From Phycisphaeraceae bacterium (GTDB taxonomy: Bacteria > Planctomycetota > Phycisphaerae > Phycisphaerales > Zrk34), in contig JBBDRF010000088.1 of the NCBI GenBank assembly GCA_040905565.1, forward strand, positions 1-64,000: DNA of 64,000 nucleotides, read 5' to 3'. Position numbers and translations under genes: made by a program. The stretch's first letter is position 1; each line of letters opens with the position of its first letter. The notes beneath the pieces were generated by a model. The model worked only from the letters and a program-made list of their open reading frames with translations, did no database searches and was not told where the DNA came from. Positions 46,086-56,257 of the stretch are shown in pieces.

Positions 46086-48206
46086 ATGAGCGAAACGATG
46101 CGTGACGGCTGCTTTAACGAGACCGAGAGCGATGAACGCGACTACCTCCGCGATGTGCTGGACAAGATCGCCTCGGAACTTTCCGCCTACAGCACGAAGG
46201 TCGATTCAAGGCACGCCGAAACGCGCAGTCTGGTGCTCGACCTTCAGGAGAACAAAGCCGACATGGACCACGCCGAGAAGGCGTCGATGAGGCAGTCGGT
46301 GAACCTGATGACCCGCGTCAGCGAGCACGGCGTCGAGCAGCAACGCCGCCTCTCAAAGCTCGTCGACACGCCTTACTTCGGGCGGATCGATATCAACTTC
46401 CCCGACCGCGGCAAAGCCGAGCCACTCTACGTGGGCATCCATTCGTTCTACGACGATGCGTCGGAACAGCAGCTGATTCACGACTGGCGCGCGCCCATCT
46501 CCAGCGTCTTTTACGAATCAGAACTCGGGGCGGCAAGCTACGAGGCCCCGTCGGGGCGTGTCGATTGCGAACTGGTGCGAAAGCGGCAGTACCGCATTGA
46601 GAACCGCGAATTGATGTTCATGCTCGAAACGTCGCTGACCATTCAGGACGACGTGCTGCAGAAGGAGTTGAGCCAGGCTTCCGACGATAAGATGAAGAAC
46701 ATCGTCGCGACGATTCAGCGTGACCAGAATGCGATCATCCGCAACGATGCATCGCACACGCTGATCATTCAGGGGGCTGCGGGGTCGGGTAAGACGTCGA
46801 TCGCGCTGCACCGGATCGCGTTCCTGCTCTATAAGTACAAGGAAACGATCCGCTCGAATGAGATTCTGATTCTCTCGCCGAACAACGTTTTCGCCCATTA
46901 CATTTCGCAGGTGCTGCCTGAGCTGGGCGAGGAGATGGTGCAGGAAACGACGATGGAACTGCTCGCAGCAAAGCTGCTGACGCATCAGGTCAAGTTCCAG
47001 ACGTTCTACGATCAGGTCTCGCAACTGCTGAAGGACGCGGAGTCGGCGTACGCTCAGCGCGTGCGATTCAAGGCGACGGGAGATTTTCTGAAGCAGCTCG
47101 ATGCCTACGTCTGGCATCTGCGGACGACCAACTTTCAGCCTGCGGAGCTGGAGATCGGGCAGTATACCTTCGACGCAGCGTGGGTCGGGGAGCGGTTTCG
47201 CAAGTTCGATCGGCTTCCCATCAGCGAACAACTCAATCAGATGACCGCGTCGATCGTCGAGCACATGAAGACGGTTTACCAGAAGCAGGTGGTAAACAAA
47301 GATCGCTCCAAGCTGCGCGCCGGCCTTAAGCAGATGTTCAGTGAGACGACGCTCAAGGCGATTTACAAGAACTTTTACAGCTGGCTGGGTAAGCCTGAAA
47401 TGTTCAAGCAGATGAAGGGCGGCAGGTACGAGTATGCCGATGTGTTCCCCTTGATCTACCTCAAGATGGTCGTCGATGGCGACTTCGGAGCGAACCGGAT
47501 CAAGCACGTTGTCATCGACGAAATGCAGGACTACACGCCGATTCAGTACCAGGTGATTTCGAAGTTGTACCCGTGTAAGAAGACGATTCTGGGGGACCAG
47601 AACCAGTCGGTAAGCCCGCTGAGTTCATCGACGGCGGAGGGCATCGGGGAGATTCTTCACCAAGCTGAGTGCATGTACATGCATAAGAGCTACCGCTCGA
47701 CGCTGCAGATCACGCAGCTTGCCCAGCGGATCCATCGCAATCCGAATCTGGTGCCTATTGAGCGTCACGGTGAAAAGCCGAGCATGATCGGCTGCGATGA
47801 GTTCGAGCAGGAGGTGGCGGTGATTGAGCACGCGATCAAGCGGTTTCATGGGTCAAATTACAACTCACTGGGCATCATCTGCAAGACGCAGGACCAGGCG
47901 GACGCACTTTATGAAGCCGTCGGCAAGGATCGGCGCGACGTTCGGCTGCTCGACGCGGACAGCACCTCGTTCAGCGACGGCGTGATGATCGCTACGGCTT
48001 ATCTGGCCAAGGGCTTGGAGTTCGACGAAGTCATCGTGCCCTTCTGCAGCGAAGCGGACTACAGGAACACGATGGACCGCCAGATGCTCTACGTCGCTTG
48101 CACACGCGCGATGCACAAGCTGAGTTTGACCTACACGCAAGCCCCCTCAAGCTTGCTTCAAGCTGCCTTGGACGACGGCGTCACGGAGCAGCGACGCGGC
48201 GGGTGA
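46086..48206 (+). CDS. helD: HelD-like RNA polymerase recycling ATPase (UvrD-like SF1)
   Basis: PYFGRID, HDWRAPISS.FY, MKNIVATIQRDQN.IIR, QGAAGSGKTSIALHR.AFLLY, DEMQD, SYRST, KGLEFD, YVACTRAMH. Confidence 0.85.
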   Translation: MSETMRDGCFNETESDERDYLRDVLDKIASELSAYSTKVDSRHAETRSLVLDLQENKADMDHAEKASMRQSVNLMTRVSEHGVEQQRRLSKLVDTPYFGRIDINFPDRGKAEPLYVGIHSFYDDASEQQLIHDWRAPISSVFYESELGAASYEAPSGRVDCELVRKRQYRIENRELMFMLETSLTIQDDVLQKELSQASDDKMKNIVATIQRDQNAIIRNDASHTLIIQGAAGSGKTSIALHRIAFLLYKYKETIRSNEILILSPNNVFAHYISQVLPELGEEMVQETTMELLAAKLLTHQVKFQTFYDQVSQLLKDAESAYAQRVRFKATGDFLKQLDAYVWHLRTTNFQPAELEIGQYTFDAAWVGERFRKFDRLPISEQLNQMTASIVEHMKTVYQKQVVNKDRSKLRAGLKQMFSETTLKAIYKNFYSWLGKPEMFKQMKGGRYEYADVFPLIYLKMVVDGDFGANRIKHVVIDEMQDYTPIQYQVISKLYPCKKTILGDQNQSVSPLSSSTAEGIGEILHQAECMYMHKSYRSTLQITQLAQRIHRNPNLVPIERHGEKPSMIGCDEFEQEVAVIEHAIKRFHGSNYNSLGIICKTQDQADALYEAVGKDRRDVRLLDADSTSFSDGVMIATAYLAKGLEFDEVIVPFCSEADYRNTMDRQMLYVACTRAMHKLSLTYTQAPSSLLQAALDDGVTEQRRGG

Positions 48207-48251
48207 CGCCTTGGGCTTGTCGCCCCAGTAGATGAGCTGATGTTCATGCCG

Positions 48252-48902
48252 TTATTTGCAGCTGACGTGACGGTTGCCGGCGATGTAGAAACGGTACGGT
48301 TTTTCCGCCCACTCGCCGGCATAGCCGACGCCGACGCGAGGCCGCGTCACGATGCGGTCGGCCGGGACGCGATCGGCGTCTTCCTCGGAGGGCAAGGCAA
48401 GGTACAGCTGCGGGTCGGTCGTCATATCCAGGCCGTCGAGCGTGGTATCGATGGCCAAAGCTTGCGCGAGCTTTGCGGGGCCGGAGCACAGGTCGGTGTC
48501 GCGCAGGCGATGGACGGGAATCTTGTTGGCCCGGTTCTGCCGCATGACGTCGAGGCTGAGCACGGGCTCGATCGCCCGGATCAGGCAGGCGGTGGGATGG
48601 TCCAGCCGATCGGCGACGACGTTAAGGCAGTAGTGCATGCCGTAGGTGAAGTAAACGTAGGCGTGCCCCGCGGGCAGAAACATGCTGGCGTTGCGGGCGG
48701 TTCGGCGGTTCTTGAAGGTGTGGGCGGCTTTATCCTCGGCACCGAGGTAAGCTTCGACTTCAACAATACGACCGGCGAGGCGGGTGCCGTCGGCCAGCGT
48801 GCGGCCGAGCATCTTCCCCAGCAGCAGCGGCGCAAGCGTCAGCACATCACGCTCATAGAAGCTGCGGGGAAGTGGGCGGAATTCAGCCATCGTCTCGGTC
48901 AT
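48252..48902 (-). CDS. DNA-3-methyladenine glycosylase (Mpg/AAG family)
   Basis: GRIVEVEAY, YVYFTYGMHYCLN, LIRAIEP, GPAKLAQAL, PRVGV. Confidence 0.93.
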   Translation of the reverse strand: MTETMAEFRPLPRSFYERDVLTLAPLLLGKMLGRTLADGTRLAGRIVEVEAYLGAEDKAAHTFKNRRTARNASMFLPAGHAYVYFTYGMHYCLNVVADRLDHPTACLIRAIEPVLSLDVMRQNRANKIPVHRLRDTDLCSGPAKLAQALAIDTTLDGLDMTTDPQLYLALPSEEDADRVPADRIVTRPRVGVGYAGEWAEKPYRFYIAGNRHVSCK

Positions 48903-49153
48903 CGCGTGACAGGATATCGACCTTGCGTCTGCGAATCGACAGGAAGGGCCGAACCTGCATTGCCTCTGCGTCGCAAATCCAGCGATCGGACGACCCGGCA
49001 ATTCGGTGCCCGTACGATGGACGGTGTAAGATGGCAGGACAGCGGCGGGGGTCGGCAGTGAGGAGTAAGGGGGGCTTTGCTGCTTTTCCGCCTCGTTGAT
49101 CGGCTCGTGCACCGTCCCTAAAATACGGCGAAGACTTACGGCGAATATTCAAC

Positions 49154-49657
49154 ATGAAATGTGACCATTGCGACAATCAGGCCACCGTTCACCTGATCGA
49201 AATACAGGGCGGCAAGAAGGTCGAGAAGCACCTGTGCGAAGTCCATGCCGTTGAAGAAGGCGTGGCGGTGAAGGTCCAGAACGCCCCGATCAATGAGCTG
49301 CTTGAGAAGTTCGTGCTCAAGCACAGCCAGGGCGGCGAGGAGACCGGCAAACCCGCCGCCAACCGCTGCGAAGGCTGCGGCATGACCTACGAAGAGTTCC
49401 GCAAATCCGGCCTGCTCGGCTGTGCCCAGTGCTACGAAACGTTCGAGAAGGCGCTCACGCCGTTGCTTGAGCGTGCCCACGAAGGCGCCTCCCGGCATCT
49501 CGGTAAAGTGCCCACGCATGCCGGGATCAACGAACTGCGGCAACAACGTCTGCGACAGCTTCGGCGAGAGCTTGAAGAGGCCGTCGCAGCTGAGCAATAT
49601 GAGCGGGCTGCGAAGCTTCGCGACCGCGTCAACGAGGTGGAGTCAGAAAAAGCATGA
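49154..49657 (+). CDS. mcsA: McsA-like protein (CxxC motifs plus UVR domain)
   Basis: CDHC, CEGCG, LGCAQCY, EQYERAAKLRD; ATGA overlap with mcsB. Confidence 0.88.
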   Translation: MKCDHCDNQATVHLIEIQGGKKVEKHLCEVHAVEEGVAVKVQNAPINELLEKFVLKHSQGGEETGKPAANRCEGCGMTYEEFRKSGLLGCAQCYETFEKALTPLLERAHEGASRHLGKVPTHAGINELRQQRLRQLRRELEEAVAAEQYERAAKLRDRVNEVESEKA

Positions 49658-50706
49658 GTGTTCCCGACCTCGGCAAAACCGCGAGCCAGTGGCTTCGTGG
49701 CGACGGTCCGCGTAACGACGTGGTGGTCTCTTCACGGGTTCGGCTGGCGCGTAACATCGCCGGCTATCCGTTCCTCAGTCGCGCCAGCGCCACGCAGCGC
49801 AACGAGTTGCTGCACACCTGTCAGCAGCGGATCCTTGATGCCGAGCTCTCGCGCGAGATGCTCTGGGTGCCGCTGGCGGAGAGCACGCCGCTGGATCGGC
49901 TGGTGCTTTCAGAGCGTCACATGATCTCGCGCCAGCATGGGCAGGGCGATCTGCCGCGGGGCGTGGCGCTCAGCCCCGACGAATCCTTCGCGATCATGGT
50001 CAACGAGGAAGACCACATCCGCCTGTCGTGCCTGCGTGCCGGGCTGCAGTTGGAAGATGCTTACGAGCACGCCAACCGCCTCGACGACACACTCGAATCC
50101 CGCATGGATTTCGCCTATTCCTCGCGCCTCGGCTACCTCACCGCCTGCCCCACGAACCTCGGCACAGGCATCCGCGTGTCGGTGATGCTCCACCTGCCGG
50201 GCCTGAAGCTGACCGGTGAAATCGACAAGCTTCGGCGTGCTGCCAAGGACATGCATCTGGCGGTCCGCGGGTTCTACGGCGAGGGCACCGAAGCGGTCGG
50301 CGACCTGTTCCAGATCTCCAACCAGACCACGCTCGGCCGCAGCGAGCAACAGATTCTCGACGACTTCTCCGACGTCGTCATCCCCGAGATGATCGAGTAC
50401 GAACAGCGCGCACGCGAAGCACTCGCCGAAGATCGCCCGGCGGTCCTTGATGACAAAATCTTCCGCGCGCTCGGCACGCTCAGTCATGCACGCCTGCTCG
50501 GAAGCGAAGAGGCGCTCTACCTGCTCAGCTATCTTCGGCTGGGCGTCTCGCTGAATCGCACCGCGTCCGTCTCGCTCAGCACGGTCAACGAGTTATTCCT
50601 GCTCTCGCAGCCGGCGCATTTGCAGAAGATCGCCGGTCAGGAACTTACCGGCCCCGAGCGCCGCGAGTACCGCGCCACCTTCGTCCGCAAACGCTTGGGC
50701 ATGTAA
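49654..50706 (+). CDS. mcsB: Protein arginine kinase
   Basis: SSRVRLARN, NEEDH, GYLTACPTNLGTG, RGFYGEG, QISNQTTLG. Confidence 0.93.
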   Translation: MSVPDLGKTASQWLRGDGPRNDVVVSSRVRLARNIAGYPFLSRASATQRNELLHTCQQRILDAELSREMLWVPLAESTPLDRLVLSERHMISRQHGQGDLPRGVALSPDESFAIMVNEEDHIRLSCLRAGLQLEDAYEHANRLDDTLESRMDFAYSSRLGYLTACPTNLGTGIRVSVMLHLPGLKLTGEIDKLRRAAKDMHLAVRGFYGEGTEAVGDLFQISNQTTLGRSEQQILDDFSDVVIPEMIEYEQRAREALAEDRPAVLDDKIFRALGTLSHARLLGSEEALYLLSYLRLGVSLNRTASVSLSTVNELFLLSQPAHLQKIAGQELTGPERREYRATFVRKRLGM

Positions 50707-50757
50707 CGTTAGCGGGCGTTCGCCGTTCGCCGCCAGCCAAACCCCGCATCATCGAGA

Positions 50758-51321
50758 TCAGCTCGCGTCCACCTCGTCCAGCTTACCCGTGGCGACATCG
50801 TAGACGAAGCCCCGCGCGACCAGAGCGCTGAGCCAGGGGTGGTCATGCACCCGCCGCACCTGCCGCCGCACGTTCGCCTGCAGATCGCTGAAACTGTAGA
50901 ACGCAGCCGGCGACACGGCCGATCGTCCCGTCGCTTCTTCAAGCTCGCTGACCAGGTTGTCTTCACGAAGGTTACACAGGCCGCAGTTGGTGTGGTTAAT
51001 CACCATCAGCTCGCGCGTCCCGAGTACATGCGAAGAAAGCACCAGTGAGCGGATCACGTCTTCGGTGACGATGCCGCCCGCGTTGCGAAGAATATGCGCA
51101 TCGCCGGCCGCAAGACCCAAAGCTTTGTAAGGATCCAGCCGGGTATCCATGCAGGTCACGATCACCAGCCGACGTTCCGGGCGGGGCGAGCCCGCACGCT
51201 CAGGTGCCAAGGCATGCTCGCGGTTGTGTTCGACCACCTGATCGACGGTCGTCAGGTCTTGCGGCCGCTCGGCGCTATCCCCGGAGGAGGCGGGGCCGGT
51301 AGGGAGGGAGGCGTCATTCAT
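50758..51321 (-). CDS. Beta-class carbonic anhydrase
   Basis: TCMDTR, RNAGG, HTNCG, GFVYDV.TG. Confidence 0.92.
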   Translation of the reverse strand: MNDASLPTGPASSGDSAERPQDLTTVDQVVEHNREHALAPERAGSPRPERRLVIVTCMDTRLDPYKALGLAAGDAHILRNAGGIVTEDVIRSLVLSSHVLGTRELMVINHTNCGLCNLREDNLVSELEEATGRSAVSPAAFYSFSDLQANVRRQVRRVHDHPWLSALVARGFVYDVATGKLDEVDAS

Positions 51322-51559
51322 GGTAATCATCCAGCGGTTGGCGAGGTCCGACGCGCTTACGATCGCGCTGACCAGATTTCGTTTCCGCCTATTATCGTAA
51401 TTTTTCGCCCCCGGACAATGCGGCAAGCGTTGCAAACCCCGATGAGACGGGAAATATACTTGTCGCCTTCAAAGCAGCGTGTAATATTTGAGCGTACAGA
51501 TCGAAGCTTCCGCAGACGATTGCCGCGCCGGCGTCTACGCGGATCACAAAGGATCAGAT

Positions 51560-53899
51560 ATGAGACGCTGGATCACGCTCACGTTGGGTTGTTTCGTTGC
51601 CGCTGCACTGGCGAGTTCCCCTGCACACGCAGATACGGTCGCTTGGGATGTCGATGTCGACGGCAACTGGGAAGCGCCCGCCAATTGGTCCACCGGCAGC
51701 CTGCCCGCACCAGGCGATGATGTGCTCATCGACAACCTCGACCACGAACTGCTGATCACGCTTACCGCCGATCAGTCGGTCCGCTCGCTCAGCAGCACCG
51801 AGTCGCTTCACCTGGCACAGGGCTCGCTCACGCTTTCCTTCGGTGGTGACATCCACGGCAGTCTCACGATCGACCAGAACCGATCCCTCTCCATTAACGG
51901 CGGCACGTTCACCGCCCACGGCTCCGCCACCGTCGACGGCGCCAACCTCTTCGCGACCGGCGGCGGCACGCTCACGCTGACCAACCTCGCCAGCTATGCC
52001 GGCAGCGGAAGCGCCACCCATACAAGCATCCAGGCGAACGGCGCGGGCACTGCGATCAATCTCGCCAGCGTCACAACCCTCGCCGGCAACACCTTCCCCT
52101 CAGCTCGACTGAACATCAACGCAATCAACGGCGGTGCCATCGATTTGTCGGCCCTGACCGAAGTCACCGGCGGCAAGGTCTCCTTCCTCGCCGATGGCGC
52201 GGGCAGCGAACTGGACCTCTCGCAACTGACCAGCATCACCCACAGCGGGAACATCGCTTCCGTCCTCGAGGCCACGGACAACGGCGTCATCATCGCCCCG
52301 AACCTCACCCATCTCTACCGGGTGAACCTCAACCTCGACGCAACCGGCGGCGTGCTGCCCACCAGCCAACTCACCCATTTCCAGGAGGGCGTGGCGACGG
52401 TGCATGGCACCACCCCGGACTTCTCCAGCATCGTCAATGTCAACGGCTCGGGCTTCATCGCGCGCGATGCCGCTGTGATCAATCTGGAGAACATCACCAG
52501 CTACGCCGGATCCACAAGGGCGGTCCACACAGATCTCAAAGCCGACGGTCCGGGCAGTCTGCTCAACCTCTCGAACGTCACCACGATGGTCGGTAACACC
52601 TTTGCCTCCACGCGCCTGAACATCAACGCAGTCAACGGCGGCGAAGTCGACCTCTCCGCTTTGACGGAGGTAACCGGCGGCAAAGTCAGCTTCACCGCCG
52701 ACGGAGCCGGCAGCCAGATCGATCTCTCACAGCTGACCAGCATCGATCACGGCGGCAACCTTAACTCCATCCTCGAAGCCACAGACAACGGCGTCATCAT
52801 CGCTCCTAACCTCACCCACCTCTACCGGACAAACCTTAACCTCGACAACACCGGCGGCGTCCTCCCCACGAGCCAGATCACGCACCTCCAGGAAGGCATC
52901 GTGACCATTCGTGGCATCACCCCCGACTTCTCCGGCATCATCGACGTCAACGGCTCCGGCCTCGTCGCACGTGATGCAGCTGTAATCAACCTCGAAAACG
53001 TCACCAGCTATGCGGGTTCCACCCGGGCAGCGCACACCGATCTGCTGGCCGACGGGGCGGGCAGTCTGCTTGATCTTTCGAACGTCACCACCATGGCCGG
53101 CAATACCTTCGCCTCAACGCGGCTGGGCGTGACGGCAACCAACGGCGGTCAGATCGACCTCTCCAGCGTCGCCTCCGCCACGCACGGCCGTATCCGATTC
53201 GAAGCGTCCGGTGAGAACAGCCAGATCGATCTGGCAAGCCTGACCAGCTTCACCAGCACCGGCAACATCATCTCCCACATCACCGCCGACCAGAGCGGCC
53301 GCGTCCTGCTGAACCCTGCCCAGACGCTTCAACTGACCGATGTCCACGTCATCGTCACGGAAACGGGCATCATCAGCGGCGACAGCATTGAGCTGTTATC
53401 CACCGGTACGACGACCAATCGCACCAGCCGCCTGCTCGGCGCCGGCACGCTTGATGCGTCCCTGATCAACACCTCCGGGCAGCTTCAGCCGGACGGCTCG
53501 CTGATGCTTGCAGGCGCTTTCGAACAGGCAACTGACGCAGCGCTGCACCTCGACCTCTGGGGGACCGAAACCCACGAATACGACCGCATCACGATTGAAG
53601 GCGACGCGTCGCTCGCCGGCCTGCTTGCGCTGAATCTGGATGCGGCGCTGACGCTCGCACCGGACCTGGTGTTCACGGTGCTCGACATCAGCGGCACGCG
53701 AACCGGCACCTTTGATGGATTCGCCGAGGGCGATGTCGTTGCGACGCATGGCGGTCAGAATCTGTTTATCACCTACGCTGCGGGCGACGGTAACAATGTC
53801 GCGCTCTATACCACCATCACGGCCATCCCGCAGCCGGCGACACTCTGGCTTCTCGCAGCGGCCTATCCCATGCTGCTCAAACGCCGCCGCCGCGGCTGA
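51560..53899 (+). CDS. Secreted beta-repeat surface protein with a PEP-CTERM-like (PQP) sorting signal
   Basis: Signal peptide; about 2.5 internal repeats of 169 aa; C-terminus IPQPATLWLLAAAYPMLLKRRRRG. Confidence 0.8.
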   Translation: MRRWITLTLGCFVAAALASSPAHADTVAWDVDVDGNWEAPANWSTGSLPAPGDDVLIDNLDHELLITLTADQSVRSLSSTESLHLAQGSLTLSFGGDIHGSLTIDQNRSLSINGGTFTAHGSATVDGANLFATGGGTLTLTNLASYAGSGSATHTSIQANGAGTAINLASVTTLAGNTFPSARLNINAINGGAIDLSALTEVTGGKVSFLADGAGSELDLSQLTSITHSGNIASVLEATDNGVIIAPNLTHLYRVNLNLDATGGVLPTSQLTHFQEGVATVHGTTPDFSSIVNVNGSGFIARDAAVINLENITSYAGSTRAVHTDLKADGPGSLLNLSNVTTMVGNTFASTRLNINAVNGGEVDLSALTEVTGGKVSFTADGAGSQIDLSQLTSIDHGGNLNSILEATDNGVIIAPNLTHLYRTNLNLDNTGGVLPTSQITHLQEGIVTIRGITPDFSGIIDVNGSGLVARDAAVINLENVTSYAGSTRAAHTDLLADGAGSLLDLSNVTTMAGNTFASTRLGVTATNGGQIDLSSVASATHGRIRFEASGENSQIDLASLTSFTSTGNIISHITADQSGRVLLNPAQTLQLTDVHVIVTETGIISGDSIELLSTGTTTNRTSRLLGAGTLDASLINTSGQLQPDGSLMLAGAFEQATDAALHLDLWGTETHEYDRITIEGDASLAGLLALNLDAALTLAPDLVFTVLDISGTRTGTFDGFAEGDVVATHGGQNLFITYAAGDGNNVALYTTITAIPQPATLWLLAAAYPMLLKRRRRG

Positions 53900-53978
53900 A
53901 GCGACCGTCCCTTCTGGGAACGAAGCCGTGCGAGTCACGCCTGCCACCTAAGCCCATCGGGTCGGTTAAGATGAAGGC

Positions 53979-54398
53979 ATGGATGCGAACCCTGCTGACA
54001 CGTTAACGGTGCTTTACGACGATGGCTGCCCGATGTGCACGTTTCAGTCACGGCTGTTGAGCCGACTCGACTGGTTCGGCCGCGTCACCATGCAGCCGCT
54101 CTCGGCGGCGGGGGGGCAGCAACTCGCCGGCGATATCGACCAGGCGCAGCTTCGCGAAGCCATCCATTGCTTCGAACCCGATGGCCGCGTCTTCAGAGGC
54201 GCACGCGCCCTGCGGCATGTGGGCATGCGCCTCCCCCTCACCGCCCCCTTCGCTTTGCTGCTTTGGATACCCGGCGTCATCTTTGCCGCCGAGCGCGTGT
54301 ATGCCTGCATCAGCCGCAATCGGCATCTGCTCAGCCGATGGTTCGGCTGCACCACCGCCTGCCGCGTGCTCCCCGAACGCCATCGCAACAATGACTAA
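53979..54398 (+). CDS. DCC1-like thiol-disulfide oxidoreductase (DUF393)
   Basis: YDDGCPMC (DxxCxxC), Y..ISRNR. Confidence 0.88.
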   Translation: MDANPADTLTVLYDDGCPMCTFQSRLLSRLDWFGRVTMQPLSAAGGQQLAGDIDQAQLREAIHCFEPDGRVFRGARALRHVGMRLPLTAPFALLLWIPGVIFAAERVYACISRNRHLLSRWFGCTTACRVLPERHRNND

Positions 54399-54405
54399 TG
54401 GGTTA

Positions 54406-55374
54406 TCAGCGGGCAGCCGCGGTCGCGACCTCATGTTCCTGCTCCTCCTTGAGCCGGGGCGGCAGCGGATAGCTTCGGCCCGCGATAGTCACGGGCTCGA
54501 GGGGCCGGGAGACGCTGAGCCTCTGCGCCAGCCCAAGTGCGTTGAATGGTGCGTGCACCTTCACATCGTTGTCAAAGTAGACGAAGACGTCTCGTGTCTT
54601 GCGAGGCGGTGGCTTGGCCTGGCTGATCTGTCGCGCCTGCGGAACCTGCTCGCCGTGTGCCCATTGCTCCAGCCGACCTGCCCAACGATCCAGATCCGCA
54701 CCGCTGTAGCCACTGACGTACATCTGCTCCGCACCGTGGAGGCGGGCGTAGATGAACCCAGCGGTGATGTCCTCGGCTGAGGGGTATTTGCCTGCGTCGG
54801 CGAGCACTAGGGCGTGGCCGTGATCGCGGAGCGTTCGCACCATGTCGGCGTTGAGCATCCGCTCGTCACGAAGTTCAAAAGCATGCCGGATCTGCCGTGT
54901 CTCATCGGTGTCATACCACGCCCGGCCCTCGACGCGTGCATCGTGCCGTCGCGCCACGTTCGCCGCCTGCTTCGCCGTCTTCGGAAGCATCTCGCAAAAC
55001 CGCTTGAAAACCGACGGCTCCCACGACATACGCGGCGGCAGCTGCCAAAGAATCGGGCCCAGCTTTCGCCCCAGTTTCAGCAGCCCGTTGGCGAAGAAGT
55101 TACCCAGTGCCTCGTCCACTTCCCGGAGGCGAAGTGTGTGCGTGATATACCGCGAACCCTTGACGGCGAAGACAAAATCCTCCGGCGTCGCATCCCGCCA
55201 TGCCTCGAAGACACCCGGACGCTTCAGCGAATAGAACGTGCCGTTGATCTCAATGCTGTTGAGCAGGCGTGACGCGTAAGCAAGCTCGTGCCGCTGCGGC
55301 AGCTTCGGCGGATAAAACGCGCCGCGCCAGCCGTCGTACTGCCAGCCGGAAATGCCGATTCGAATGTCTGGCAT
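54406..55374 (-). CDS. DUF72 family protein
   Basis: IGISGW.Y..W.G.FYP, EINGTFY, LWQLPP, YARLHG, VYFDND. Confidence 0.92.
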   Translation of the reverse strand: MPDIRIGISGWQYDGWRGAFYPPKLPQRHELAYASRLLNSIEINGTFYSLKRPGVFEAWRDATPEDFVFAVKGSRYITHTLRLREVDEALGNFFANGLLKLGRKLGPILWQLPPRMSWEPSVFKRFCEMLPKTAKQAANVARRHDARVEGRAWYDTDETRQIRHAFELRDERMLNADMVRTLRDHGHALVLADAGKYPSAEDITAGFIYARLHGAEQMYVSGYSGADLDRWAGRLEQWAHGEQVPQARQISQAKPPPRKTRDVFVYFDNDVKVHAPFNALGLAQRLSVSRPLEPVTIAGRSYPLPPRLKEEQEHEVATAAAR

Positions 55375-55613
55375 GGCTGAAATCCTTGAAGCCGTCAACG
55401 GCCTTCGCGCATGTTAGACCGCCCCCCGCATGCGCTCAGCCGGGAGCGGTCAGCCGATGCATGCTCATCTGATCGTCCTTGCCCCGATCGTACCGCGTGA
55501 GATGGGGAATCAACTGTGTCGTCGGTACGATCAGACGCCGATGGATCAGCCTTCCCCCGCGACGCACAATGCCTGAAGTATTCAACGACACGAACCACTG
55601 CGGGAGCCCCACG

Positions 55614-56117
55614 ATGCAGATCACGAGCCCAGCATTTCAGGACGGTCAGGTTATCCCCAGGCGATACACGGAAGACGGCGACAATACCTCACCACCGCTT
55701 AGCTGGAACAACGTGCCTGAAAAGACACGCGAGTTCGCACTGATCATGGAGGACCCCGACGCACCACGCCCGGATCCCTGGGTGCATTGGGTGGCTTACA
55801 GCATCCCCCGCGACCTGCGGAATCTCCCGGGACGCATCCCCCACAACCTGCTCGTGACGCTCGATAATGCGCGTTTCCGTCAGGGGATCAATTCCTGGGG
55901 CGAGGGGCACGTGGGCTATCGCGGTCCGTCGCCGCCGCCGGGGCATGGCACGCATCGTTACTACTTCCATCTCTATGCGCTGGATCGTCCGCTGTCGCTT
56001 GGTGAAGCAATCGAGAAGGACGCACTGCTTGCGGCGATCTCGCGCGTGCGTGTGCTGGATGAGGCAATTCTGCTCGGCCGTTACGAGCGAGAGCCCTCGC
56101 CTGTCGCCCACAGGTAA
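55614..56117 (+). CDS. YbhB/YbcL (PEBP) family protein
   Basis: ITSPAF, SPPLSW, DPDAP, WVHW, GP.PPPGHGTHRY.F.LYALD; start may be 55569. Confidence 0.92.
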   Translation: MQITSPAFQDGQVIPRRYTEDGDNTSPPLSWNNVPEKTREFALIMEDPDAPRPDPWVHWVAYSIPRDLRNLPGRIPHNLLVTLDNARFRQGINSWGEGHVGYRGPSPPPGHGTHRYYFHLYALDRPLSLGEAIEKDALLAAISRVRVLDEAILLGRYEREPSPVAHR

Positions 56118-56257
56118 CATCGCAGGGTTCGCGTCGGCACATCAGCAGGCCTCATCCCCAGCCCGGGCACGGCGGCGATCTCATGGAGTTATCCCTCGAG
56201 GTGATGGGGTATACTTCAGATCGTTAACCTGCCGAGAGGTCATCACAGGAGGTGGCG

